Source of the DNA: Chrysemys picta bellii
Lineage: Eukaryota
Direction of reading: 5' to 3'
Assembly (NCBI RefSeq): GCF_011386835.1
Contig: NC_088803.1
Location: 12,834,001-12,898,000 of the forward strand
DNA length: 64,000 nucleotides
Part shown: positions 1 through 11,700 of the stretch, one piece after another
How the letters are laid out: each line of letters begins with the position of its first letter
How positions within the stretch are numbered: the stretch's first letter is position 1
Notes under the pieces: generated by a model
Database searches by the model: none
Told to the model about the DNA's origin: nothing
What the model saw: only the letters and a program-made list of their open reading frames with translations
Position numbers and translations under genes: made by a program

Positions 1-1246
1 GGTCACTGTGTCACAGATGACATGGTTTTGTCAGCAGGACTCTAGCGGCACAACACAAGCCTTGTTAGGCAGAGCTCTGTGACCTGCAGGGGGGTTTGCT
101 GAACAACACCCCCTCCCCCCCTTAGGTGTAGCAGCCATTTCAAAGAAGCTGCTGCCAAAATGCTTGAGTTTGATTCTCCAACAGGCCACCAGCCTTGGTG
201 GACACTGACCTGAGGAACCTCCAGTGAGATCCAGGAGGTGGCAGTGGTGGCTGGTTGTTGTTCAGCTTGGGCTTTAATTTATGGAAGGTTTAACTGGAGC
301 GTGGTCTAAGCACAGGACTTAGAACCAGAACAGAGTTGCAATCAGACTCCTCTCTACCCAGGCCTATAGTCTGTTTAGCCCATTCCTGGCCATGTGTGGT
401 GCCTCTGCTCTTGGCCATATCTGTGACGTAGCTCCATCACGTACATGTGGACATGGCACATTGAGGACCGTCCAACAGCTCCCCTCCAGTGGCCACCTCC
501 AGGATGGATGATGAGCCCTAGACAGTCCATAGAAGGAGAGGAGACGGTGGTGGTCCTCAGGAGAAACTGTTGGAACTTCAGTCTCCAACCCCACCCTATC
601 CCCCACCACACACAAAATGGTCTTTCAAAAGACACGCCTAATCTCAACTAAACAAGCTAAACTCTGACAGGCCAAATCCTCACCTGATGTAAATCAGCCA
701 TATCATAATTGAAATCTAAGGGACAGGCCATCATTCAAATAACCAGCCCTAGCTACTCTGAAATCAATGGAACTGTATTAATTTACACCAGCTCAGGGCA
801 TGACCCTTCTTTTTTAGTGTTTGCCTCTGGCTACCTCTTAGTGATCAATTTCAAGCAGCCAGGACAGCCTGGGCTGTGGGTTCCTCTGGTGGCTGCATCC
901 CAAGTGCTGCTAATACAATGCAGGGGGAAAAAAACTCTCTTTCCCCAGAAGAAATTATGCGGCAGGAATGAAAGAACAGGCTATTCCAGGCCAGCGGAGC
1001 TTCTGGTGCCACTAGGCTCTTTGCTATTGTAGGTCACATGTCTGTGCTATAAATAAATATTTGATTTGGCAAATATCTTGGTACATTCTTTGTGCCTCAG
1101 CTCTGCCTTGTTTTTAGCCAAGGGTCCTTCCAGAGACGTTGCCATTGAGTAAGGTCCACGCTGGGTTGCGTTCTCCCTCTGTCAGTTCAGTTAGAGTATA
1201 TTGTCAGGGTGGTTTGTTCAGAGGTGAGATCATTGCTGGGCTCACA

Positions 1247-1635
1247 ACCCTGGAGACATCATTCAACTATTTAGCCCCAGGGCAGGGACTTCCTGGGCTG
1301 TAGCCATGTCAACATGTACAGCTGGGAGGGACTTTCAGTCACTGATCCCATTTAATCCTTCACTCTCAGCCACGCCTGCCCCAGGAGTGGAGCAGAAAGG
1401 GCCCATCTGTGGAGTGTATCCCTGTCTGCTTGGAACTGCAGAGAAACCCAGCAACTCAGAAATCCAATGACAGAACATGAGGGTGCCAGATAACGCTGTG
1501 ATGGATTTATGAGAGAGATAAAGAGATTGTTGTGCATGGAGACATATAGATAGATAGTGCCCAATAATTTCTAGCATTGCAGGATCAAATGCTTTGCAAG
1601 TTGGGAAACGCTATCTAAAGACCAACACAGTAAGT
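1247..1635 (+). promoter_or_regulatory. Candidate OR14-like promoter / non-coding first exon ending at a conserved GTAAGT donor
   Basis: EBF(O/E)-like motifs ACCCTGGAGA (1247-1256) and CCCCAGGG (1275-1282). GTAAGT at 1630-1635 is conserved at 10354 and 21731. Function is inferred. Confidence 0.35.
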
Positions 1636-1800
1636 TTGCTATTGTCTTTTTTTCTTCATTAGAAAATGCTGCCTTTTTATAAAAGTCCCCCAAATTTCCA
1701 AACATTGGGATTTTTGCAACAGAGAACCAATCATTCTCTGCTGAAAACTGAAAAATTCCAACCAAAATTTCCCCATCCCCAAAGAAAAAAAATTAACTTT

Positions 1801-1850
<50 letters not shown>
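1801..1850. repeat. (TAGA)n microsatellite; paralogous copies at 10525-10596 (interrupted) and 22044-22090
   Basis: Direct reading; it sits at the same position in all three OR14-like units. Confidence 0.97.
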
Positions 1851-3204
1851 CTTTCCATGAAAATTTGTTTAACTAAAAACACAAATTTTCTTTTAAAATT
1901 TTAAGCAGAACATTACTGACCAGGGTGGGAAGCACTAATATCGTCCAATGATACCATAATTTCAAACACTGTCATTCTCTTACATCCATTTTTATTTCTG
2001 TTTCAAAGACATAGCTGAAGGATGGCAGAACTGAGTGAAAAACAGAGCTGACAGCCCAGGGAATAGACATGCTAGAACCTTGGAATTCAGAGTCTGGATT
2101 GAATCAAGCAGTGGCAGCCTGTCTATCTGGACCTTTCCCAAGGACATTAAGGGCATATCTACACCACAGCTGGGGGCATGCTTCCAAACTCAGGTAGGCA
2201 GACTTCAGTAGCTCATAGCAGAGTAGATGGGGCCAGCACAGGGAGCAGCTCAGTCTAGCCACCTCAATACAAACCTGCCTGAACAGCGTGGGTTCGTAGT
2301 CAGATGGAGCCTGAGCTGGTGCCCAGGCTACCTCTGGCTACATGGGTCTGTTTTGTGTAGTAATTTGAGCAGAGCTAGCCCATGTCCATCTACTGGAGCT
2401 GGGAAGGTGTTCCCCTCTGCTCTGTAGGTGAACTCCCAGGAGGTCAATGGGACAGGAACCCAGACCTCCTGGTCTATCACCATATCTCGTGTGCAACACT
2501 GCTGCCAGCTGAGCACAAAGTCTGTACATGGGTTCACAGTGCAGATACATTATAAGACACAGCCCATCCCCCACAGAGCTCATAAAAGAAAAATCAGAGA
2601 AAAGGAGGGAGGGAAAACAGAGGCATGGGGAGAGGAAGTGACTGTCCCAACATCACACAGCAGGTCACTGGCAGAGACGAGAACAAAAGCCAAGTCTCCT
2701 GACTGCCTCTGACCCACACAGACCAGATATAAAGTCACAGAGGGAAACGACACAACCTAGCAGTAACTGTGCAATGCTACTAGCCCATCTTCACTCAGAG
2801 ATGGGAGTGCTGCTGGGATTGCTGACAACAATCAATTTGTAACCAAGTGGCAGGTCATCTATAAACAGAGTTTGGGGAGGAATTGTTACAGACAAGCTAG
2901 CACTTAGGATGCTCAGTGAGTGTGTCATATTTCCCTAGAAAGTGGGAATCAGGCTGTCTTGGAGTTCTAGTACTTTAGTTTCGTGCCCAAGTTTTTGATC
3001 TGTTGTTTGACAGAGTTGAGGGGTCATCTTTGCTCAATCTGCGGGTTTTTTGCAATATGTTCCAGTCTTTAATGCATTTGTTCAAGTGACATCTTGGGCC
3101 AGATCCCCAGATGGTGCAAACTGATGTAGCCCCATGGATTTTATGGGGGTTGTGCTAATTGACACTAGGGATAACACACCTGAGTAGTGGTCTGATTGTA
3201 TGCA

Positions 3205-3340
3205 GTAGTTGTAGCCATGTTGGTCCCAGAATATTAAATAGACAAGGTTGCTGAGATAGTATGTGAGGCTCAAAAGCTTTTCTCTCTCACCCATGGGAAC
3301 AGATCTAATAACAGCTATTACCTCACTCACCTTCTCTCTC
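3205..3340. mobile_element. Old Penelope-like pseudo-LTR fragment (second family) in the OR14-like intron; paralogs at ~11950-12085 and ~23815-23945
   Basis: gtagccatgttggtcccag...gacaagg...aagctt...ctctctcacc...aataa...tattacctcac pattern, shared with the copies at 25405-25605 and 59150-59285. Confidence 0.55.
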
Positions 3341-3470
3341 CTGTGCTCTGATTGTCAGCAGTGAGGAGCACTCACTCGCTGCTCCTAGTCAATGGAAGGA
3401 TGGGAGGAATGCTGTGCACATTTAACAGTAGATCATGGGACATTACTCAGAAGGGAATCAAGGCCATTCT

Positions 3471-3517
3471 CTCTGACACTCGAATCCTCACTATGGACCT
3501 TCTTCTTTCCCCCACAG
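3471..3517 (+). promoter_or_regulatory. 3' splice acceptor of the OR coding exon
   Basis: Branch-point-like CTGAC near 3473, pyrimidine tract ccttcttctttccccca and CAG ending at 3517, 27 nt before the ATG. Equivalent acceptors end at 12263 and 24123. Confidence 0.75.
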
Positions 3518-3544
3518 CCATCACACAACAAGCTGAGGAAGAAA

Positions 3545-4501
3545 ATGTCCAACCGAACCACCGTGACAGAGTTCCTTCTCCTCGGTTTCTCTGACATTCG
3601 GGAGCTGCAGATTTTGCACTTTGTGGTGTTTCTAATGATTTATCTGGCAGGCCTGCTGGGGAATCTCCTCATCATCACAGCCGTAGCTCTCAACCACTAT
3701 CTTCACACCCCCATGTACTTCTTCCTGATGAATCTCTCCATCCTAGACCTTGGTTCCATCTCTGTCACCATCCCCAAATCCATGGTCAATTCCCTCATGA
3801 ACACGAGGGTGATTTCTTATCCTGGATGTGTTGCCCAAATCTTTCTCTTCATGTTCCTTGGTTCAGCTGATTTCGGCATCCTGACTGTCATGGCGTATGA
3901 CCGATATGTCGCCATCTGCCAAGCTCTGCACTATGAGAGAGTGATGAACAGGAGAGCTTGTGTCCAAATGGCAGCCAGTGTCTGGATCAGTGGTATTCTT
4001 TACTCTGCCCTGCACACTGGGAACACACTTGCAATATCCTTCTGTGGAGGAAATGTGGTGGATCAGTTCTTCTGCGACATCCCCCAGCTGCTCAAGCTTG
4101 CCTGCTCTGACTCAGACCTCAGGGAAACTGGGGTTATTGTCTTTAGTGCATGCTTAGCTTTAATCTGTTTTGTTTTAATAATTGTGTCATATGTTCAGAT
4201 CTTCAAAACTGTGCTGAGAATCCCCTCTGAGCAGGGTCGGCAAAAAGCCTTCTCCACCTGCCTTCCTCACCTCACTGTTGTCTCTTTGTTTGTTTTCACT
4301 GGCATCATTGCCTACCTGAAACCCAACTCGGGGTCCATATCACGTCTGGATCTCATGGTGGATGTTTTCTATTCCTTGGTACCTCCAATGCTGAATCCGA
4401 TCATCTACAGCATGAGGAACAAGGAGATCAAAGCTGCCCTGAGGAAACTGATTGGACCGAGGTTAATTACGACCAATAAACAGTCCATCTTTCTCTTTTG
4501 A
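3545..4501 (+). CDS. Olfactory receptor, class II, family-14-like (318 aa), intact
   Basis: 7TM OR motifs LHTPMYFFLMNLS, MAYDRYVAIC, KAFSTCLPHL and [13 protein letters not shown]; N-terminal sequon MSNRT. The start is taken as the ATG downstream of the splice acceptor, not the ORF-track start at 3392. Confidence 0.95.
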   Translation: MSNRTTVTEFLLLGFSDIRELQILHFVVFLMIYLAGLLGNLLIITAVALNHYLHTPMYFFLMNLSILDLGSISVTIPKSMVNSLMNTRVISYPGCVAQIFLFMFLGSADFGILTVMAYDRYVAICQALHYERVMNRRACVQMAASVWISGILYSALHTGNTLAISFCGGNVVDQFFCDIPQLLKLACSDSDLRETGVIVFSACLALICFVLIIVSYVQIFKTVLRIPSEQGRQKAFSTCLPHLTVVSLFVFTGIIAYLKPNSGSISRLDLMVDVFYSLVPPMLNPIIYSMRNKEIKAALRKLIGPRLITTNKQSIFLF

Positions 4502-5723
4502 TTTTAATTTCCTTCTATGTTTCCTTATAAAAATAATCAAATGATGACATAATTGACTCCACGAGAACATGGTTTGCCATCTCTTTATTAAAAAAGGGGA
4601 ATTTTCACTGGGAAAAATTAAAACACCACTCAAGTCAATGGACCCCTAATGTAAATGCATACCAATGTAAATAATATAATTCTCTATCTGTTTGCCTGTC
4701 TATCTATCTATCACAGGATTGTGTACTGCCACCCATCACCATCCTATGTTAGCACCTTCTACATAAAATCATTAGCCATATCAAAGTTCTTAGTGAACCT
4801 CAGGGAGTGTCTGGCTCTTCTTTTTTGGAGTAAAAATTGGATTGCAGTATCAGTGCAGTAGCTGTTTGTTTTTTATCTCTGTCTCAGTTTTTTTAGTTTA
4901 TTTTTGGTGGGGTTGATTTCTTTCTTTCTTTGAAGTTTTTTTAAGGGGGAATGACTGGGCAGATGGTAAGTATTCACTTAGACAACATTGTCGATGTTTT
5001 GGTACCTATCGGGGGTGCCCAAATATCATCTGTTTGATGGTGTTTTCTGAGCGAGCTGAAAGTTTTCTTTCCACAGTGATAAAGGTGTGCATAAGAAGTG
5101 TCTGCATAGTTGAGTTTCTGTTGAAATAATTATATGAATAGGGCTGGGATATCATTGTGCTTTTAATGATGTGTTTTGAATCAAGAGCCTTAGGTAGACA
5201 TGTTTTCATTATTGTAACCCTAAATAAATAAATAAATGCTGTGTCATTCCTGCTATGGTTGGAAAGGGTTGTTTGTTTGTTTGTTTGTCTATTTATTTGT
5301 TTGTTTGTTTTGTTTAAGAGGAAGCTGTGGATTATTTCTTAAAGACAATCAGACAGTATAATGATGCCAAATTTTCATCCCTTTTAAATAACTGGGATTT
5401 AGCCACTCAGTTCAAATGGATCAGGATTTGGCCAATGGCCAAAACACATAATGTTCCAAGAATGGGTAATGGTGGCCAGCAGAAAGTCAGTGCAACAGAG
5501 ATGCATGGGTGAATTCCCCATCTCAGCTAATCCTGTGCTAATGCAGAGTAGCTCCAACAACATCGCTGGTTTGATACTCTCCCAAAGACACAAGAGTAAG
5601 TTCAATAATGACATTAAACACTGGTGTATGCAGTGTTGTTGTAGCTATGTTGGTCGCCGGATATTAGCGAGACAAGGTGGGCTAGGTAATATTGTTTATT
5701 GGACCAAATTCTGAAGGGGAGAG

Positions 5724-6838
5724 TGTGACTTTCCCCTCTGGTGTTATCCAGACCAGTGATCTGCTAGGTGACTCCAATCCTTGACTCTGGGAGCCAGCCT
5801 TACCCTGGTCTGCTGTGAAAACCCCCACCCCTGGGATGTTCACGCACATTCTCTGGCATGTAGGCTGCTCCTTGGATTGTGCAACCAAATGACACAAGCC
5901 AATATCTCCCATCCCAGACTCAACCCTAGGAACTTCTATCTTGCAGTGTCCAGTTATGCCCACTGGATGCTGCAAGCTTATATGAGTTTGTCAAATTAAC
6001 AAAGAAATTAATATGTACCAGGTTTCTTATCCCAAGGGGAGTCTCTGACACGTTTAAAACCAAATGCACTGCTTCAGAATAAACAAAGAGATTTATTAAC
6101 TACAAAGATAAATTTTAAGTGATTATAAGTCAAAGCATAACAAGTCAGAGTGGTTACCAAAAGAAAATAAATTATAAGCACATAGTCTAAACTCTCAACC
6201 CTATTAGACTGGGCAGCAACTAGATTAGGCAGTTTTTCTCACCCCCACTGGATATTGCAGTCCTTAATCTACAGGTTTGTTCCTTAAACCTGGGCCAATC
6301 TCCTCTGCTGGAGTCTTGTCTTCTTCTCAGTGTCGGGGTTGCTTGCAGCTGCGGTGGGGGCAGGAGAAGGGCCCAGTATGTGTTCACTCTGTCTCAGTCC
6401 ATGTGCTTGTAGAACATAAGTCCAGGCATGTCTATGGGGCATTGCTAAGTCTCTCCAAACAAGGTTGAGCAATTCTCCTAGTGTGGCCTCATGCGGGTGA
6501 GTCATTGCATTGTAGCTCCCTTGCTGGACAATGGCAGCTGATGGGTTAATTGACACCCCGCCTGGGCATTGGTTACTCTCCTTGCTGTTGCCTCTGGGGA
6601 GATAACATCTGGCTGATTCCCCAACTTACAGCATGTTTTAGTGACAACCATACAACATAATTCTCATAACTTCATAATTATTAATGATATATATATATGG
6701 ATAGATAAATGACTCTCAACAGACCATGACCTTTCCCCTCATACTTTACAAGGCATGCTTTATATGGGAGATCATGATTATATGAAAATGAGGAATATGG
6801 GGGTTACAGTGCGCTCCCCCAAGGTATAGAATGTCACA
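5724..6838 (-). mobile_element. Solo LTR (Gypsy/ERV-type), 1115 bp, inserted in a Penelope fragment
   Basis: Termini TGTGAC...GTCACA; 5-bp TSD GAGAG (5719-5723 / 6839-6843); AATAAA on the minus strand near 6093; empty site in the paralog at ~14725-14740. Confidence 0.88.
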
Positions 6839-7602
6839 GAGAGACAAGCTTTCAAATGTATGAAGATCTCTTCTTCAGGTCTGGAGATGATCTCTGAATA
6901 TGGTCCACTTTCTCTCTCTAATAAATACTGGTATAAGTAATTTGCCTGGTGTCATATCATTATAATATTGCTGTAAGTTGAAAAGTGCCATCACATGCAC
7001 TGAGCTGGCTTTTTATGCATCATCCATTCTAAATCTAGTCACATCCATGCTTAGAAAGGATTTCACAAGCAGGCCCATTATTAGTATTAGAATACCCATC
7101 TTTATGCATGGATATATACAATTCATATATGTGGGACAAAAGCATAGTATGTGATTCGAGAGATAGATCGATAGATCAATCAATTGATAGATAGATAATG
7201 CCAATTATTGTGACTCATTTCCTCTTCATGATTGTCCATAAGTATTCATTATTAAACATTATTTACCAATGGATTTCTATGAGTATCTTACTTCACAGAT
7301 CATTTACAAACAGCTCATCATAAGTACCTGGTGTTTGAGCTGTTTTCACTGGCTACATTTTCACATGCCCTGTTTCTCTTTCCTGAGTGGATAAATTGAA
7401 TTATCATACCAGGGTCAATTAAAAGTGAAGGTGCCAGTCCTCAACTAGTTTAAATTGCCATTGCTCCATTGACATCAGTTGAGCTTGAGAACTTGCACCA
7501 GCTGAGAATCTGCTCTCAGTGCTCATGATTATTAATCCATAGCTCACTTCCTTTGCATATTTTGCACTAAGGCCCTGATCCAGGAAACCCCTTTAGAAAG
7601 TG

Positions 7603-7762
7603 TCAAGTATCAGAGGGGTAGCCATGTTAGTCTGGATCTGTAAAAGCAGCAAAGAGTCCTGTGGCACCTTATAAACTAACAGACGTATTGGAGCATGAGC
7701 TTTCGTGGGTGAATGCTCTAATATGTCTGTTAGTCTATAAGGTGCCACAGGACTCTTTGCTG
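7603..7762. mobile_element. Penelope-like insertion with inverted pseudo-LTR arms
   Basis: gtatcagaggggtagcc...gagtcctgtggcacctta...ctaacag signature; ~52-bp inverted arms; direct repeat CTTTAGAAAGTG (7591-7602 / 7763-7774); empty site at 15482-15493. Confidence 0.85.
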
Positions 7763-8724
7763 CTTTAGAAAGTGGTTATCTTTAAACACATGAGCATTTC
7801 CACTGACGGTGTACAGTTAATCTCATCCTTTATTGGTTTAGGGTTAGGGCTAGGTCTAAACTGGTGTCAGACCTGTCACTGCCTGAATATTTCTCCTTTC
7901 CCTGTTAATCCATCTCCTACAATTGATGCACTTGAATTACTAACCCCTTCTGGGCACTGGTTTATTAACACAGAATAAGGGTTGTCTCAAAGCTAGAATC
8001 TCCGGGTTGCCTTTGCCCAGACTCACCTGGCTGTTATGCCCCTCCTGGGTTCCTAACTCCCTCTGATGGGTTCTGTTCTTGCTCTGCAGTGTGGGTCACT
8101 CCAGCGAGGCCTCCCCTCTGGCTGCGCTGGAGAGCCTCTTCTACTCTTTATCTCGGGATCAGGGACAATAGCTGGGGGTCTCTGGCTTGAATGGGAGCTC
8201 AGCTCTCTGCTCTGCAGCCTGGAAGCCCCCAGAATCCGGACTAAAGACAGGGCTCTGAGGGCTTCCAGATTCCATGCCATGGAGCTTGGAGCCTGGAATC
8301 CCACGGTCCATGGCTCTGGGGTAACCTTGCCATGCAGACTGTCCTGGGCCAGGAACCTAAAGGCTTCCAGATTCCCAGGCCAACTGGCTCCTTGGACTCA
8401 ACACTGAGATGGGAAGCCTGGAGAGCCAGGGGCCCCAAGAGTCTGGAAGCCCTGGCGTACCCAGTCTGGGACAGTTGCATGGCTGCCCAGACCCTGAGCT
8501 GCAGTCCCTAAGCTCATTCCTTAGGATCATTCCTGCAGCCATTGCTCAGACAGCACTCCCAATGACTGTGGCCAGAACCGTGAGCAACGGCTGCAGCATC
8601 TGGCCCTGGCATCAATTCAGCCCTGAAAAAGCACAGCTTCTCCAAGTTGGAGCGACAGTAGGGGCTGAAAAATGATTTCTGATCCCTGCAATGTGCAGAG
8701 AAAGGGCTCTGGGTCCTCAGTGCA

Positions 8725-11700
8725 GGTCACTGTGTCACAGATGACATGGTTTTGTCAGCAGGACTCTAGCGGCACAACACAAGCCTTGTTAGGCAGAGCT
8801 CTGTGACCTGCAGGGGGGTTTGCTGAACAACACCCCCTCCCCCCCTTAGGTGTAGCAGCCATTTCAAAGAAGCTGCTGCCAAAATGCTTGAGTTTGATTC
8901 TCCAACAGGCCACCAGCCTTGGTGGACACTGACCTGAGGAACCTCCAGTGAGATCCAGGAGGTGGCAGTGGTGGCTGGTTGTTGTTCAGCTTGGGCTTTA
9001 ATTTATGGAAGGTTTAACTGGAGCGTGGTCTAAGCACAGGACTTAGAACCAGAACAGAGTTGCAATCAGACTCCTCTCTACCCAGGCCTATAGTCTGTTT
9101 AGCCCATTCCTGGCCATGTGTGGTGCCTCTGCTCTTGGCCATATCTGTGACGTAGCTCCATCACGTACATGTGGACATGGCACATTGAGGACCGTCCAAC
9201 AGCTCCCCTCCAGTGGTCACCTCCAGGATGGATGATGAGCCCTAGACAGTCCATAGAAGGAGAGGAGACGGTGGTGGTCCTCAGGAGAAACTGTTGGAAC
9301 TTCAGTCTCCAACCCCACCCTATCCCCCACCACACACAAAATGGTCTTTCAAAAGACACGCCTAATCTCAACTAAACAAGCTAAACTCTGACAGGCCAAA
9401 TCCTCACCTGATGTAAATCAGCCATATCATAATTGAAATCTAAGGGACAGGCCATCATTCAAATAACCAGCCCTAGCTACTCTGAAATCAATGGAACTGT
9501 ATTAATTTACACCAGCTCAGGGCATGACCCTTCTTTTTTAGTGTTTGCCTCTGGCTACCTCTTAGTGATCAATTTCAAGCAGCCAGGACAGCCTGGGCTG
9601 TGGGTTCCTCTGGTGGCTGCATCCCAAGTGCTGCTAATGCAATGCAGGGGGAAAAAAACTCTGTTTCCCCAGAAGAAATTATGCGGCAGGAATGAAAGAA
9701 CAGGCTATTCCAGGCCAGCGGAGCTTCTGGTGCCACTAGGCTCTTTGCTATTGTAGGTCACATGTCTGTGCTATAAATAAATATTTGATTTGGCAAATAT
9801 CTTGGTACATTCTTTGTGCCTCAGCTCTGCCTTGTTTTTAGCCAAGGGTCCTTCCAGAGACGTTGCCATTGAGTAAGGTCCAGGCTGGGTTGCGTTCTCC
9901 CTCTGTCAGTTCAGTTAGAGTATATTGTCAGGGTGGTTTGTTCAGAGGTGAGATCATTGCTGGGCTCACAACCCTGGAGACATCATTCAACTATTTAGCC
10001 CCAGGGCAGGGACTTCCTGGGCTGTAGCCATGTCAACATGTACAGCTGGGAGGGACTTTCAGTCACTGATCCCATTTAATCCTTCACTCTCAGCCACGCC
10101 TGCCCCAGGAGTGGAGCAGAAAGGGCCCATCTGTGGAGTGTATCCCTGTCTGCTTGGAACTGCAGAGAAACCCAGCAACTCAGAAATCCAATGACAGAAC
10201 ATGAGGGTGCCAGATAATGCTGTGATGGATTTATGAGAGAGATAAAGAGATTGTTGTGCATGGAGACATATAGATAGATAGTGCCCAATAATTTCTAGCA
10301 TTGCAGGATCAAATGCTTTGCAAGTTGGGAAACGCTATCTAAAGACCAACACAGTAAGTTTGCTATTGTCTTTTTTTCTTCATTAGAAAATGCTGCCTTT
10401 TTATAAAAGTCCCCCAAATTTCCAAACATTGGGATTTTTGCAACAGAGAACCAATCATTCTCTGCTGAAAACTGAAAAATTCCAACCAAAATTTCCCCAT
10501 CCCCAAAGAAAAAAAATTAACTTTTAGATAGATAGATAGATAGATAGAGATAGATAGATAGATAGATATATAGATAGATAGATAGATAGATAGATACTTT
10601 CCATGAAAATTTGTTTAACTAAAAACACAAATTTTCTTTTAAAATTTTAAGCAGAACATTACTGACCAGGGTGGGAAGCACTAATATCGTCCAATGATAC
10701 CATAATTTCAAACACTGTCATTCTCTTACATCCATTTTTATTTCTGTTTCAAAGACATAGCTGAAGGATGGCAGAACTGAGTGAAAAACAGAGCTGACAG
10801 CCCAGGGAATAGACATGCTAGAACCTTGGAATTCAGAGTCTGGATTGAATCAAGCAGTGGCAGCCTGTCTATCTGGACCTTTCCCAAGGACATTAAGGGC
10901 ATATCTACACCACAGCTGGGGGCATGCTTCCAAACTCAGGTAGGCAGACTTCAGTAGCTCATAGCAGAGTAGATGGGGCCAGCACAGGGAGCAGCTCAGT
11001 CTAGCCACCTCAATACAAACCTGCCTGAACAGCGTGGGTTCGTAGTCAGATGGAGCCTGAGCTGGTGCCCAGGCTACCTCTGGCTACATGGGTCTGTTTT
11101 GTGTAGTAATTTGAGCAGAGCTAGCCCATGTCCATCTACTGGAGCTGGGAAGGTGTTCCCCTCTGCTCTGTAGGTGAACTCCCAGGAGGTCAATGGGACA
11201 GGAACCCAGACCTCCTGGTCTATCACCATATCTCGTGTGCAACACTGCTGCCAGCTGAGCACAAAGTCTGTACATGGGTTCACAGTGCAGATACATTATA
11301 AGACACAGCCCATCCCCCACAGAGCTCATAAAAGAAAAATCAGAGAAAAGGAGGGAGGGAAAACAGAGGCATGGGGAGAGGAAGTGACTGTCCCAACATC
11401 ACACAGCAGGTCACTGGCAGAGACGAGAACAAAAGCCAAGTCTCCTGACTGCCTCTGACCCACACAGACCAGATATAAAGTCACAGAGGGAAACGACACA
11501 ACCTAGCAGTAACTGTGCAATGCTACTAGCCCATCTTCACTCAGAGATGGGAGTGCTGCTGGGATTGCTGACAACAATCAATTTGTAACCAAGTGGCAGG
11601 TCATCTATAAACAGAGTTTGGGGAGGAATTGTTACAGACAAGCTAGCACTTAGGATGCTCAGTGAGTGTGTCATATTTCCCTAGAAAGTGGGAATCAGGC

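Larger units (their letters stand above)
1..4585. repeat. Near-identical tandem segmental duplication, copy A (continues upstream of the window); partner 8725-13331
   Basis: Position 1 ggtcactgtgtcacag recurs at 8725 (offset 8724). The offset becomes 8746 after a 22-bp length difference in a GATA microsatellite. By eye I found only 5 SNPs (493/9217, 915/9639, 939/9663, 1159/9883, 1494/10218) plus 4562/13308. The ORF track is duplicated accordingly. Confidence 0.97.
4586..8230. repeat. Older diverged paralogous arm (roughly 85-90% identity by eye) of 13332-~16025
   Basis: Collinear with the OR 3' flank of copy B but with dense substitutions and three copy-specific TE insertions. Confidence 0.9.

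Noticed and set aside
3392-3544. 51-aa N-terminal extension of the OR14-like ORF (also 12138-12290)
   Set aside because: It lies upstream of a good splice acceptor (3517), and the equivalent frame in paralog 3 (ATG 23998) hits TAA at 24064. It is most likely intronic.
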